Position numbers and translations under genes: made by a program. A stretch of DNA of 17,916 nt, taken from a virus. Taxonomy: Duplodnaviria > Heunggongvirae > Uroviricota > Caudoviricetes. Positions 8,195 through 16,810 of the stretch are shown here, piece after piece (position 1 is the stretch's first letter; every line of letters starts with the position of its first letter). The stretch lies in the IMG/VR virus record IMGVR_UViG_2690316248_000008; one strand, written 5' to 3'. The notes beneath the pieces are model-generated. The model did not search any database. It had not been told where the DNA came from and was given only the letters and a program-made list of their open reading frames with translations.

Positions 8195-8838
8195 AACATA
8201 TCCTTAACATATTCTGCAGAAACCGCATAAGTTGTCTGATGTAGTTCAGCTGGATTAATACCTCCAACCAAAACAGAACCTCCAGAATTATTTGCATAAG
8301 CGCCAACCAAGACGCCTATTACCGAGTCATTTTTTAAATTAAATACAATCGATCCCGATTGACCAGGTCTGGTTTGGATATTTATAACGGCATGTTTAGA
8401 TTGAATATTACTGCTTGAAAGTAAAACTTTTGCACCTATTTTTGCCGTTTGAAATGTCAATACTTTTCTATTTTCATTACAATGTGGGAAACCTAAAATA
8501 CCCACATCTTCACCGACATTAACATCGTCAAGAGTAGCAATTTTTAGGCAAGGTTCATAAACAGGTGCATTTTTAATTTTTAACACACATAAGTCTTTTA
8601 TTGGATCTTCATCAATAACATCAACTCCAATACATTGAAATTTATCAACACTTGTATCCTGATAACTATTAAAGTTATTTATATTAGATGGAGAAATAAC
8701 TAAGTTAGAAGAAAACCCATTAATAACATGGCGGGAAGTAATTATTTTATCCTTAGAAATAAAAAAACCTGTTCCTAAAAAACTAACCAAACCTGCATTA
8801 AGCACGCCAACAACTACGACATATTCAGGACCAATCAT
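8191..8838 (-). CDS. Trypsin-fold (chymotrypsin-like, S1/Trypsin_2-type) serine protease
   Basis: Catalytic triad motifs in canonical order: GTGFFISKDKIITSRHVI (His), DLCVLKI (Asp), PGQSGSIVF (Ser). Start set at the ATG at 8838 with GGAG about 5-8 nt upstream. The ORF-track extension to 8976 would run across the cos-like sequence. Confidence 0.75.
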   Translation of the reverse strand: MIGPEYVVVVGVLNAGLVSFLGTGFFISKDKIITSRHVINGFSSNLVISPSNINNFNSYQDTSVDKFQCIGVDVIDEDPIKDLCVLKIKNAPVYEPCLKIATLDDVNVGEDVGILGFPHCNENRKVLTFQTAKIGAKVLLSSSNIQSKHAVINIQTRPGQSGSIVFNLKNDSVIGVLVGAYANNSGGSVLVGGINPAELHQTTYAVSAEYVKDML

Positions 8839-8921
8839 AACAACTCCATTCTGTAATATGTTATGGACTCTGACTAAGACAATACTTAACCAAACCGTGA
8901 ATATCAAGGTGCAAGCGCGCG

Positions 8922-8940
8922 CTCGTATCCCCGCCACGCC
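8922..8940 (-). other. Putative cos cohesive-end sequence
   Basis: The minus strand reads GGCGTGGCGGGGATACGAG. Its first 13 nt match the 186-type cohesive end as I recall it (GGCGTGGCGGGGA...), and the adjacent AGCGCGCG resembles the sequence next to P2 cos. Orientation relative to Q is as expected. Based on recalled sequences, not a search. Confidence 0.4.
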
Positions 8941-8989
8941 TGCCCGCTTTATGTAGTGGTTTTCATGCAGGAGCATGATCTACGCAAAA

Positions 8990-9009
8990 GCCCGCCAGTT
9001 CTGGCGGGC
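8990..9009. other. Perfect 9-bp inverted repeat (GCCCGCCAG-TT-CTGGCGGGC) beside the cos-like site
   Basis: Read directly from sequence. A T-run follows only on the minus strand. Could be a terminator or a packaging/cos accessory structure. Confidence 0.35.
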
Positions 9010-9282
9010 CTTAGCAAAAACGATCCTCAAACGATCATGCAATCTCATGCAGCATAGACATGCACAGACGAGTAAAGCGAATCGGACTTTACGCAAGGTG
9101 AACTCCTCAGCGGGCATAATCAGTATGTCGGAAGATCTCTAAAAATAAATAATTCGGTTAACAGGTATGCTTACAAAAGCATATATTTGATTAAAAATCA
9201 TGTAAGGGGGAGGATCTCAAACTGAATCGCCACGGGTTTTACAAATTTCGATAGTCTCTCTAACGTTTCGGCTGAGGTCAAA

Positions 9283-9708
9283 ATGAAAAGCTTTTACGTA
9301 TTAATTTTAATTCTGGTTGCAAGCTTTGTTAGCGTCCCTGTTCAGGCGGTAACAGCTAAAAACTATGAGAAAGGAACTAAAGCTCAACAGAAATCAATAT
9401 CTTACCTTTCATGTGCATTCTATGGCAGTAGCACACAATTAGATCCTAGCTACACGGAGCAAGTACCTACAGCCGATATCAAGATATTACAGAAAGCAGC
9501 TTACCACGCTTACAACGATGCGCTCTCATACTTTGGCTATGAGGAACCAGATCACGAACAACGCATAATTGATTATGCTGAATTTGTGGCGTCGCAAGAA
9601 GCTGTGTTATGGGATAAGCCGGGAATGAATGGAAAGCAGGTAACACTAATTGCTCGTTCTCTCTACAATGAGAGTAACTGTAACTTGTTACTGGACTCAA
9701 TTAAGTAG
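9283..9708 (+). CDS. Hypothetical secreted/periplasmic protein (cargo moron)
   Basis: 141 aa. N-terminal signal peptide MKSFYVLILILVASFVSVPVQA with an AXA-type cleavage site. GAGG RBS upstream. AT-rich; the only plus-strand gene between cos and gene A. Confidence 0.6.
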   Translation: MKSFYVLILILVASFVSVPVQAVTAKNYEKGTKAQQKSISYLSCAFYGSSTQLDPSYTEQVPTADIKILQKAAYHAYNDALSYFGYEEPDHEQRIIDYAEFVASQEAVLWDKPGMNGKQVTLIARSLYNESNCNLLLDSIK

Positions 9709-9867
9709 GAAAAAGATGGTATTTTGCCCGTAGTTTCAACCTTAATCTCCGAACCTATCGCAGAACGGGCGTTCACTCATCAAATAAACGCCACACCTAA
9801 CGCCTCACTGTACTCGTTGTTCAACCTTGCTGACGCCAGAACCAAGTTCAGACGCCAGCAACTTTTC

Positions 9868-10101
9868 TTAATGCAGCCAGCTGTCGTCTTCCCACACCTT
9901 CTGCATAATCTTCATCACTTGTTTTCTTTCTTCGTCCAGTTGCAGTCCGGTCAGTTCCACACCGTTAGAGCTACCTTTGCGGATGCGAATTACCGTTTTG
10001 GGATACAGGGGGCGCAGATTGCGGTAAAGCTCGGATTCAAGGGCGTCCAGGGTAGACTGGCTAATCTTCTGCTCTTTATCGATCATTATTTCAATGCGCA
10101 T
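9868..10101 (-). CDS. DinI-family protein (Tum C-terminal-like)
   Basis: 77 aa from the ATG at 10101. MRIEIMIDK...LDALESEL...KIMQKVWEDDSW resembles E. coli DinI (MRIEV..., ending with an acidic W-containing tail). RBS GAGGTGA overlaps the stop of the upstream gene. Confidence 0.8.
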   Translation of the reverse strand: MRIEIMIDKEQKISQSTLDALESELYRNLRPLYPKTVIRIRKGSSNGVELTGLQLDEERKQVMKIMQKVWEDDSWLH

Positions 10102-10111
10102 AAAGGTCACC

Positions 10112-10300
10112 TCAGCTGATGACATCCATTGAGCGGTTGTATTCGTGGGTTCTGATTTTTGCCATGAGTTCATCTGTCAGTTCAGAAACCCACTGCAAAG
10201 CCAGCCCCTTCTCTTCATCACTACACTCACTAGCCGCTACAAGCTTAAGAAAAAAATCAATGCGCTGGAGCTTCAAAGACTCCAAAAAATAGTCCTGCAT
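10112..10300 (-). CDS. Small SOS-regulated protein, possible Tum-like antirepressor N-terminal part
   Basis: 62 aa from the ATG at 10300, with AGGAGG 4 nt upstream. It is the first gene downstream of the LexA box and 10 bp upstream of the DinI-like gene. Confidence 0.5.
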   Translation of the reverse strand: MQDYFLESLKLQRIDFFLKLVAASECSDEEKGLALQWVSELTDELMAKIRTHEYNRSMDVIS

Positions 10301-10341
10301 CTTTCCTCCTATGACACCACAAGCAATACTGTATACATAAC

Positions 10342-10361
10342 CACTGTTTATATTTACAGTA
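10342..10361. promoter_or_regulatory. LexA operator (SOS box) in the promoter of the small-protein/DinI-like operon
   Basis: CACTGTTTATATTTACAGTA is a perfect CTGT-N8-ACAG palindrome with an AT-rich core. Candidate -35 TTTACA and -10 TATACT on the minus strand overlap it. Confidence 0.7.
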
Positions 10362-10453
10362 TATAATAATCTTACTGATGTAAAACGTTTTTTTACGTTC
10401 ATTAGCCTGATATGCCTGGTATTATTAAGAGCACGAATTGTTAACCCGCGTAA

Positions 10454-12868
10454 TTAATACAGGTTTCGCCACTTATCATCTTCCTGCAAACGCTGGTTCC
10501 GATAGAAGATACGCAGGCCTGCTCCTGACGGAATACTGCCGCCGCGAAGGAGTAAATCGACCTCTTTCTCGCTGCCATTAAATCCTCTGGACTTCAGTTC
10601 ATAGACGAGCTGCTGTCGCTGATGGTCTATAATTCGCTGTTTGTAGTCTTTACGCCGTTTCGGTTTCACCAGGCGTAACCTTGCAGCCAGTTCCCGGCGC
10701 TCTTTTTTGCTCATACTGTGCAGGTAATCGTGCAACTCCTTGTCATCCATGCGGGTAATGTCCGTCCTGGTATCCCCATCAGCTGATTTGTCTTTCCCTT
10801 GTTGGTTCAAATTTTCAGCAAGGGGACAGTTATTGCCACGAGTCCAAGGGGCGCAAGCGCCCTGGTCGGCTGCCGCCTCCTGAACGTCAACGGCTTTACG
10901 AACCATTTTCCACTTCACTGCATGAGTGCAGATCTTGCCTTCTGCAATGGGTGACCAGATGCCATAAATACGAATACCGTGATCGCCATAGGCGGTCGGC
11001 TCTTCATTGATTTCATAAGCGGTTCTGATCAAGTGATATTTGCGAGGAACCAGCACGCCGCCCTGCCTCATAATGTAGGTGGCAAAACAGCCAGCATCAG
11101 CAGCAGCCAGGATGGCATCAAGGCGCGGGTTATCCAGTACCGGCGCACCTGCTTTTTTGTCACCCTGCTGCCTTGCCGCCTGACCAGCCAACAACCGCAG
11201 TTCACGGTAAGCCTGACGCCCTGGAATACCAAAGAAGCGGAATTGCTGAACACGATGCAGAGACGCCCAGGCATTAACGTATTCAGCGTTATCACGCAGG
11301 GATTTACCCGTTTCCTTGCTGATCTCGCCAGCCAGACCACGCCCGTCAATGTTCTTACTGATGTATTTCGCGATGTAGCTTGTCGGCGTTCCTTTGCGCG
11401 GGTTTATCAGCTCAGATTTAAAGCGTGGACCAGTGTTATTACCCAGTTCCTCGCGGTCTTCACGGATGGCAAACTTACGCAACAATGCAGTAATGGCGCG
11501 GCGGTCTTTTTTGCGCATAAAACACAACAGGTGCCAGTGAACTGTACCGTCATGATGCGGCTCAGCCACCCGCACGCCATACCAGCGCAACCCGGCTTTG
11601 TGCATCGCCTTACGAAATGCAGCAAACATGCCGACCAGATAATCGCTGCTTTGTCTTACCGTCGCATTTGTCCAGGTTGGGTTTGGTCTGCCGTTATTGA
11701 GCGTGGAATGGAAACGTGACGGACAGGTAATGGTGTAGAAAACGGCGCAGTCACCGCGCATTTCCGCGATAAGCTCCAGACCTTTAACACAGGCCATCAT
11801 CTCATTGCGGCGGTGCGCCGGGTTGCTGCTGCTGGCGTTTACCACGTCTTCCATATCCAGCGTGTCGCCCTCTTCGTTCACCAGTTCATGAGAACGGAAA
11901 AACTCCAGTGACTTGCGGCGCTGCTCACGTTTATGCATCACGGCTTCATAGCTGACATAGGGAGATGCTTTTTTGCTGACCAGGCAGACAGCACGCAACT
12001 GCTCTTCCCGCCATTCGCAACGCATTTTCCATAATTTCCGGTACCACCAGTCGGCGCACAACATACGCGCCAGCGAACCCGGAATGAGTTCATAGGGCAC
12101 GGGTTTACGGCGGTTTCTTTTCCGACGGAGTTGCTCAAACGCAGGCGGGATGACATCCAGACGCAGGGTTTCCGCTGCCACCTTTTCCCATGTCTTGCGG
12201 ATTTCTTCTGGCTTAACGTCATCGGTGGCATACAAATCACCACAAGCTGCATCAAGGCACATGCTCATATGCGCAGCGACAAGGGTAGACAGGCGTTTCA
12301 CCTGATCCTGACTCATTTCAGGCAGAATCAGCAGGCCGTCCAGCCCTACATGGCTTGCCATAAAACGAAAAGATGCAGATAGCTGGCTGTCGCGTACATG
12401 CTCCAGTCGTTCCAGACATGGCTTAATCGTCTCACGTAAATAGCGGGAATAAGCCTTTGGCCTGCCCAGGCTGCTGAAGTATTCAATACGTTGCATCAGC
12501 GGCTTGCTGATATGGGAAGGCTGGGCGTTGACGTCCGCCAGAATGACCATATCCGGATTAAAACGCTGCTGCTCATGCGCCAGCTTTGCCCGGCTAATGA
12601 GCTTATCCTGCTCCATTTCGTGCTGGACAGGATCACGTGATTCATTAAAAAAATAACGCTCCCAGACCTGATCACTCAGTGCCTCGCGGCGCAACTGTTC
12701 CTGCTCGTTATCGGCAGCGTACAGAGTGATCAGGTTTGAAAGCGCAGAAACCGGCGCAACTTCCGCCGGGTCCAGATAAGGGTTAATGGCCTTTTTCGGG
12801 CTGTTCCATGAGAACGCTGCGGCAGCCTCGTTAAAGCCGCAGCAGTTGTTCATATCGGCATGGCTCAT
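10454..12868 (-). CDS. A: Replication initiation endonuclease (P2/186 gpA-like, rolling-circle initiator)
   Basis: 804 aa, the largest early gene, in the gpA position downstream of the early operon. Call rests on size, position and overall resemblance to P2/186 A proteins; no single motif was verified. ATG overlaps the Dam stop (ATGA). Confidence 0.85.
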   Translation of the reverse strand: MSHADMNNCCGFNEAAAAFSWNSPKKAINPYLDPAEVAPVSALSNLITLYAADNEQEQLRREALSDQVWERYFFNESRDPVQHEMEQDKLISRAKLAHEQQRFNPDMVILADVNAQPSHISKPLMQRIEYFSSLGRPKAYSRYLRETIKPCLERLEHVRDSQLSASFRFMASHVGLDGLLILPEMSQDQVKRLSTLVAAHMSMCLDAACGDLYATDDVKPEEIRKTWEKVAAETLRLDVIPPAFEQLRRKRNRRKPVPYELIPGSLARMLCADWWYRKLWKMRCEWREEQLRAVCLVSKKASPYVSYEAVMHKREQRRKSLEFFRSHELVNEEGDTLDMEDVVNASSSNPAHRRNEMMACVKGLELIAEMRGDCAVFYTITCPSRFHSTLNNGRPNPTWTNATVRQSSDYLVGMFAAFRKAMHKAGLRWYGVRVAEPHHDGTVHWHLLCFMRKKDRRAITALLRKFAIREDREELGNNTGPRFKSELINPRKGTPTSYIAKYISKNIDGRGLAGEISKETGKSLRDNAEYVNAWASLHRVQQFRFFGIPGRQAYRELRLLAGQAARQQGDKKAGAPVLDNPRLDAILAAADAGCFATYIMRQGGVLVPRKYHLIRTAYEINEEPTAYGDHGIRIYGIWSPIAEGKICTHAVKWKMVRKAVDVQEAAADQGACAPWTRGNNCPLAENLNQQGKDKSADGDTRTDITRMDDKELHDYLHSMSKKERRELAARLRLVKPKRRKDYKQRIIDHQRQQLVYELKSRGFNGSEKEVDLLLRGGSIPSGAGLRIFYRNQRLQEDDKWRNLY

Positions 12869-13722
12869 GCACGTACTCCGTACACGGCAGAACTATCCAC
12901 GCCACGCGAATAATCAAATCCCACCCAGCAGCGCGGCCCGGAAACAGCAATGATTTCTGTTGCTGATTTACCCTCGCCAGCTGCCACACCGATGATGCGT
13001 TTTACCTTGATATAGTGGTGAGTAAAATTGCGATACAGCGAACGGATCAGGGATGTGTCACTGTTAGAAACAATGACCGGATGTCCTTCTGATGACCGAT
13101 GTTCAAGAACAGATGCCAGGTGATACTGGTCATCTTCAGTGAAGCCGTCAGTGTGATAGCCGGAAAACGTACCGTCATACGGTGGATCGCAATACACCAC
13201 ATCCCCCGCCTTCAACATCGCCAGCGTTTCATCAAAGCTGGCGCAGATAAACGTTGCTCGCTGGGCTTTTTCTGCAAATGCGCGAATTTCTTTTTCAGGG
13301 AAATACGGATTTTTATAATTGCCGTAGGGAATGTTGAAATGCCCGCTCTTGTTATAGCGACATAAACCACGGTAACCGTGACGATTGAGATACAGGAAAT
13401 ATACCGCTTTCATGAAATCAGTAATTTCAGTTGAGTAATTAAACTCCTTCCTTATGTTGTAATAAGCCACCTCCCTGTTTGCGATCTCAAATAAAACTCT
13501 GGCGCGAGATATAAACGATTCACAATCAGCAGCAACCTTTTTATAGAGGTTGATTAAATCAGGATTAATATCCGCAACAAGATAGCTGGGGTACTCCGTC
13601 TCCATCATCACTGCACAGGAACCCGCGAAAGGTTCAACCAGTCGCGGGCCAGCAGGAAGATGCTTTTTCAGTTCGGACATAATGGCGGTTTTATTTCCCG
13701 CCCATTTCAGGATGGTGCTCAT
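12865..13722 (-). CDS. dam: DNA adenine methyltransferase (Dam-like, N6-adenine)
   Basis: 285 aa from the ATG at 13722. N-terminal LKWAGNK (AdoMet-binding motif) and catalytic DPPY are present. Translationally coupled to both neighbours. Confidence 0.85.
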   Translation of the reverse strand: MSTILKWAGNKTAIMSELKKHLPAGPRLVEPFAGSCAVMMETEYPSYLVADINPDLINLYKKVAADCESFISRARVLFEIANREVAYYNIRKEFNYSTEITDFMKAVYFLYLNRHGYRGLCRYNKSGHFNIPYGNYKNPYFPEKEIRAFAEKAQRATFICASFDETLAMLKAGDVVYCDPPYDGTFSGYHTDGFTEDDQYHLASVLEHRSSEGHPVIVSNSDTSLIRSLYRNFTHHYIKVKRIIGVAAGEGKSATEIIAVSGPRCWVGFDYSRGVDSSAVYGVRA

Positions 13723-13946
13723 ACAGCACCTCCGTTGTAATGTTTGCCTTTCAGCTCTGCGATTTCCTGACAGGTAATGCAAAGCTGCACACCTGGAATG
13801 GCACGGCGGCGTGCTGGCGGAATTGGCGCTTCACACTCAATGCAAAGCACGCGGGACACGCCCGGCGTTTTGGCACGGGCAGCACGGATATGACGCTGGC
13901 GTTCTTCTTCAACGCGCTGCTGTACGAGATCCATTGCATCAGCCAT
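13719..13946 (-). CDS. TraR/DksA-family C4 zinc-finger protein
   Basis: 75 aa with CIECEAPI...CITCQ (CxxC-N17-CxxC). AGGAG RBS 8 nt upstream of the ATG. Confidence 0.75.
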   Translation of the reverse strand: MADAMDLVQQRVEEERQRHIRAARAKTPGVSRVLCIECEAPIPPARRRAIPGVQLCITCQEIAELKGKHYNGGAV

Positions 13947-14179
13947 TAGTGGATCTCCTGCGCTTCGTTCTGGATTGCTTCAGCAGTCACGCGCAGCAGT
14001 TCTGCCGCTTCGACGTGGTTTAGCTGGCGGGATGTGATATGGCACGCAAGGCTATCAAGGCGGGCAGCCATTGCCTCTGCTCTTGCCCGGCGTTCTTCCA
14101 GACGAGCCTCTGTCAGTAAAATATTAAGCCCTGCGTCATCCGGTCCGGTTTTGGTCGAGAGGGTTTCAATATTACGCAT
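13946..14179 (-). CDS. Hypothetical phage early protein
   Basis: 77 aa from the ATG at 14179 (AGGAG 8 nt upstream). The ORF-track start at 14185 is a TTG. Position is within the early operon. Confidence 0.55.
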   Translation of the reverse strand: MRNIETLSTKTGPDDAGLNILLTEARLEERRARAEAMAARLDSLACHITSRQLNHVEAAELLRVTAEAIQNEAQEIH

Positions 14180-14246
14180 AATCAATTCTCCTGAATTTAG
14201 ATAAAGGGATGCCCGGCGGGTTTACGCCATTAATTTCATTAGTTGG

Positions 14247-14588
14247 TTAATTCGGCATGGTTAGCCGTCTGGGAAATAAGCTCACCACTGCACGAAAATG
14301 ATTCATTGCTTTAATCAGCTCCCGCTTTTCGTCAGTGGTCAGCTCATTAATGCTGATGCTATGACGTTCAGCTGGAATTTTTGCCATAAAGAATATGGCA
14401 GCCAGTGCCCGTTTATTTTGTTCATTATTGATATCCCGTGGATCACGCATATCTTTAATAAACTGCTCAAGCTCTGACTCAATATTCAGGCCAAAAACTT
14501 TCGCCCTTAACTCCGCAATGTGATTAAGTCCATTCAGGCGTTCACCGGGGCTTAATGGAACAGTTGCTGCAGCGCCATTAATTGCCAT
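14247..14588 (-). CDS. Hypothetical phage early protein
   Basis: 113 aa; ATG at 14588; same strand and tight spacing with neighbouring early genes. Confidence 0.55.
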   Translation of the reverse strand: MAINGAAATVPLSPGERLNGLNHIAELRAKVFGLNIESELEQFIKDMRDPRDINNEQNKRALAAIFFMAKIPAERHSISINELTTDEKRELIKAMNHFRAVVSLFPRRLTMPN

Positions 14589-14610
14589 ACTTCATATTCC
14601 CCAAACGCAG

Positions 14611-14835
14611 CTATCGTTCTTTGTTCTTACGGTAACGCTCAAGAGGAGATACATTTTTTCGTATCGTCTCTTTAACCTGCTCTCCCCGTAAAAACGTCCC
14701 ATCCTTTAACGTGAAAAAGTAACTGCCATCTCCCGACAATGACGGATAGCAACAGAGCAAATCATCTTCAGGTACTGAATAACTCTCCCCTCTGTAACGA
14801 AACTGATAAACCACTTCACTTTCTGCCGCATACAT
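14611..14835 (-). CDS. Hypothetical small phage protein
   Basis: 74 aa with protein-like composition throughout. GGAG about 9 nt upstream of the ATG at 14835. Confidence 0.45.
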   Translation of the reverse strand: MYAAESEVVYQFRYRGESYSVPEDDLLCCYPSLSGDGSYFFTLKDGTFLRGEQVKETIRKNVSPLERYRKNKER

Positions 14836-15002
14836 TTGGACTTTCTCCGTTTCCTCGTGGTCAATTCAGACAGCAATTCATCTTGTGAATGACATGGATG
14901 CCAGCGTTTTCCATCCTCACCCGTGATCCAGCCGTAACCGTAGTGCATTGCCGGGCTTTGTTTTACCAGCAGCGATGCAAATGATGGTTCTTTCGTCAGC
15001 AT
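14706..15002 (-). CDS. Hypothetical protein overlapping the 14611-14835 ORF in another frame (uncertain)
   Basis: ATG at 15002 with GAGGTG just after the CII stop. The N-terminal ~50 aa look protein-like, but the distal half is Cys/Arg-rich and overlaps the neighbouring ORF by 130 bp. Confidence 0.3.
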   Translation of the reverse strand: MLTKEPSFASLLVKQSPAMHYGYGWITGEDGKRWHPCHSQDELLSELTTRKRRKSKCMRQKVKWFISFVTEGRVIQYLKMICSVAIRHCREMAVTFSR

Positions 15003-15009
15003 AAGCACC

Positions 15010-15519
15010 TCACAGCAAACCGAATGAAGCACCGAGGCCAGTCACGGTATCAACTGCACTCGCCATCGCAGGATTAGCCTGTAAACGGGCCTGCAATGAA
15101 ACAGCAGCCAGCGCCATCAGTCGTGTTACAGAGTTAATGCTGCTGATAGCATCACGACGACCGGCACAGGTTTTTACATCGCCAGACACCGCACCTGCAG
15201 CAACACGCCCGATCTCTGCGGTTGCACTCATGACGTAATGTGGCAGTTTCTCTTTTGCCACCTCATTAATCGGTACACATGGCAGACAATGAATCTGTGC
15301 CAGAAAACCATCTACCAGCGTTGAATCTTCAGTCAGATCGGTAAGCAGCCAGATTTCTGGTGCGGTTAATAAATGAGGCTGAGCTGGGTTCAGCTTGTTC
15401 CGCAGAATCTGCACATTCATGCCTGCACGTTCTGCCAGTTGCACCAGATTGTGGCGCAGTGCAAATGCACGACAGGCTTCATCAAAATGTGGATGTTTGG
15501 AAACTTGGTAATCAAACAT
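15010..15519 (-). CDS. cII: CII-like lysogeny-establishment regulator (phage 186 CII family)
   Basis: 169 aa from the ATG at 15519, the same length as 186 CII as I recall it. Lies immediately downstream of the Apl/Cox-like gene. N-terminal HTH-like region. Confidence 0.75.
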   Translation of the reverse strand: MFDYQVSKHPHFDEACRAFALRHNLVQLAERAGMNVQILRNKLNPAQPHLLTAPEIWLLTDLTEDSTLVDGFLAQIHCLPCVPINEVAKEKLPHYVMSATAEIGRVAAGAVSGDVKTCAGRRDAISSINSVTRLMALAAVSLQARLQANPAMASAVDTVTGLGASFGLL

Positions 15520-15551
15520 GGTCAATGCCTCTGATGTATTTCAGAATCGAA

Positions 15552-15773
15552 CTAATTAAGGTTTAGATTGCATTCTGAAAGCGCATCAACGGTCATTGCT
15601 GCTATGTTGATCATCACTTTTTCGCGTTTTTTATCTTTGCGCAGACGGTGACGGATAAGGCGTCCATCAGCCAACATGTCATTGATGGTATCGATGGATA
15701 GCCCTGTCAGCTCGCTATAGCGTTCAATAGTCACATGAGGCGTGGTAAGAGTGATTGAAATGTTAGGTCTCAT
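15552..15773 (-). CDS. Apl/Cox-like small HTH regulator (excision/lytic-switch protein)
   Basis: 73 aa; first gene of the minus-strand early operon, divergent from CI. HTH-like segment [29 protein letters not shown] upstream. Confidence 0.6.
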   Translation of the reverse strand: MRPNISITLTTPHVTIERYSELTGLSIDTINDMLADGRLIRHRLRKDKKREKVMINIAAMTVDALSECNLNLN

Positions 15774-15898
15774 GATGCAACATTCCTCGTTTAATGATGA
15801 TTAATCAGGACGAATACGGATCGTTTGTATTTTGTGAACACCATAAACATACGATCGCACGGCGAAATCGTCAAGATAAAAGTTCACTTGGAGTGACC
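15774..15898. promoter_or_regulatory. Immunity switch region between apl/cox-like and cI (lytic and lysogenic promoters, operators)
   Basis: 125-bp divergent intergenic region. Candidate lytic promoter on the minus strand: -35 TTGACG (15869-15874), 17-bp spacer, -10 TATGTT (15846-15851). Inverted GTGAAC/GTTCAC motifs at about 15832 and 15882. Confidence 0.5.
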
Positions 15899-16468
15899 AT
15901 GAATTTGGAGAAAGGCGGACGAGGCGCCATAGAGCGCATGGTAGAAGCTTATGGATTCAAGACTCGACAGGCGTTGTGCGATCATTTAGGAATCTCTAAA
16001 AGTACACTCGCCACACGCTACATGCGTGACTCATTCCCAGCAGAATGGGTAATCCAGTGCGCCCTTGAAACGGGCACCTCGCTTAATTGGCTCACAACCG
16101 GACATGGTTCAAAGCAAACTTCAGGTAATACAAATACTATGGAAGTTGCTAAATATGTATTATCTGATGGTGCCTTGCGTGAAGACGGTTTTTATATTTT
16201 TGATAAGGGATTTCTACCCTCTACGTTTAAAAAACCTTTTGTCATCACAGATAACAATTCTGAATTTATTTGTGATAAAGAATTTGATGACATACGTGAT
16301 GGTAAATGGGTAATAAGTATTGATGGCGAAGTAACGATCCGTGACATTACTCGTTTACCCGGTGGAAGAATCTTCGTCGAGGGTGGAAACAGAGCCTTCG
16401 AATGTAAGATAGAAGACATTGAAATAATTGGTAAAATTATAAGTTTAACAGTTAAATATGTTAGATAA
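15899..16468 (+). CDS. cI: CI immunity repressor (phage 186 CI-like)
   Basis: 189 aa from the ATG at 15899 (GGAG 6 nt upstream). IERMVEAYGF...STLATRYMRD...QCALETGTSLNWLTTGHG parallels the 186 CI N-terminal domain as I recall it. Confidence 0.8.
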   Translation: MNLEKGGRGAIERMVEAYGFKTRQALCDHLGISKSTLATRYMRDSFPAEWVIQCALETGTSLNWLTTGHGSKQTSGNTNTMEVAKYVLSDGALREDGFYIFDKGFLPSTFKKPFVITDNNSEFICDKEFDDIRDGKWVISIDGEVTIRDITRLPGGRIFVEGGNRAFECKIEDIEIIGKIISLTVKYVR

Positions 16469-16483
16469 TACCGGGAGGAAACT

Positions 16484-16675
16484 ATGCTTGGTAAAGTATT
16501 TTTTGTGGTTTTATCATGCTCTTTGTTATTAAGCCCACTAACTACCTATGCTAAAAATTATCCTTGTTCTGGGAAAAAGGGAGGTGTCTCTCACTGTACC
16601 TCCGATGGAAAATTTGTTTGCAATGATGGAACTATTAGTAAATCCAAAAAAATCTGTACTAAAAACTCACGATAA
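16484..16675 (+). CDS. Small secreted cysteine-rich protein (moron between cI and int)
   Basis: 63 aa with signal peptide [23 protein letters not shown]. The mature part of about 40 aa has four Cys. Strong RBS GGGAGG 15 bp after the cI stop, so it is probably co-transcribed with cI. Confidence 0.55.
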   Translation: MLGKVFFVVLSCSLLLSPLTTYAKNYPCSGKKGGVSHCTSDGKFVCNDGTISKSKKICTKNSR

Positions 16676-16810
16676 CTTTTGCTTTTATATCTGCGTCTAA
16701 AATAAAAATGAGCCGCAGGTTAACCGCAAAAGTTACATGCTCACATAGCAAAAAGAATAGCCAACTTCATTATGGCTTCAGTGAGATGTATGGTCGTAGG
16801 ATTTCATACA

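Noticed and set aside
8839-8976. N-terminal extension of the protease ORF
   Set aside because: It begins with a non-ATG codon, has no RBS, and would translate across the cos-like sequence. The internal ATG at 8838 with a GGAG RBS is the better start.
9724-10119. Plus-strand 131-aa ORF
   Set aside because: It is antisense to the DinI-like gene and the SOS-operon gene, has no RBS, and shows no recognisable protein features.
10979-12382. ORFs antisense to or nested within replication gene A (10979-11719 plus, 11938-12255 minus, 12131-12382 plus)
   Set aside because: They are out of frame or antisense to the well-supported 804-aa A gene and have no independent start signals.
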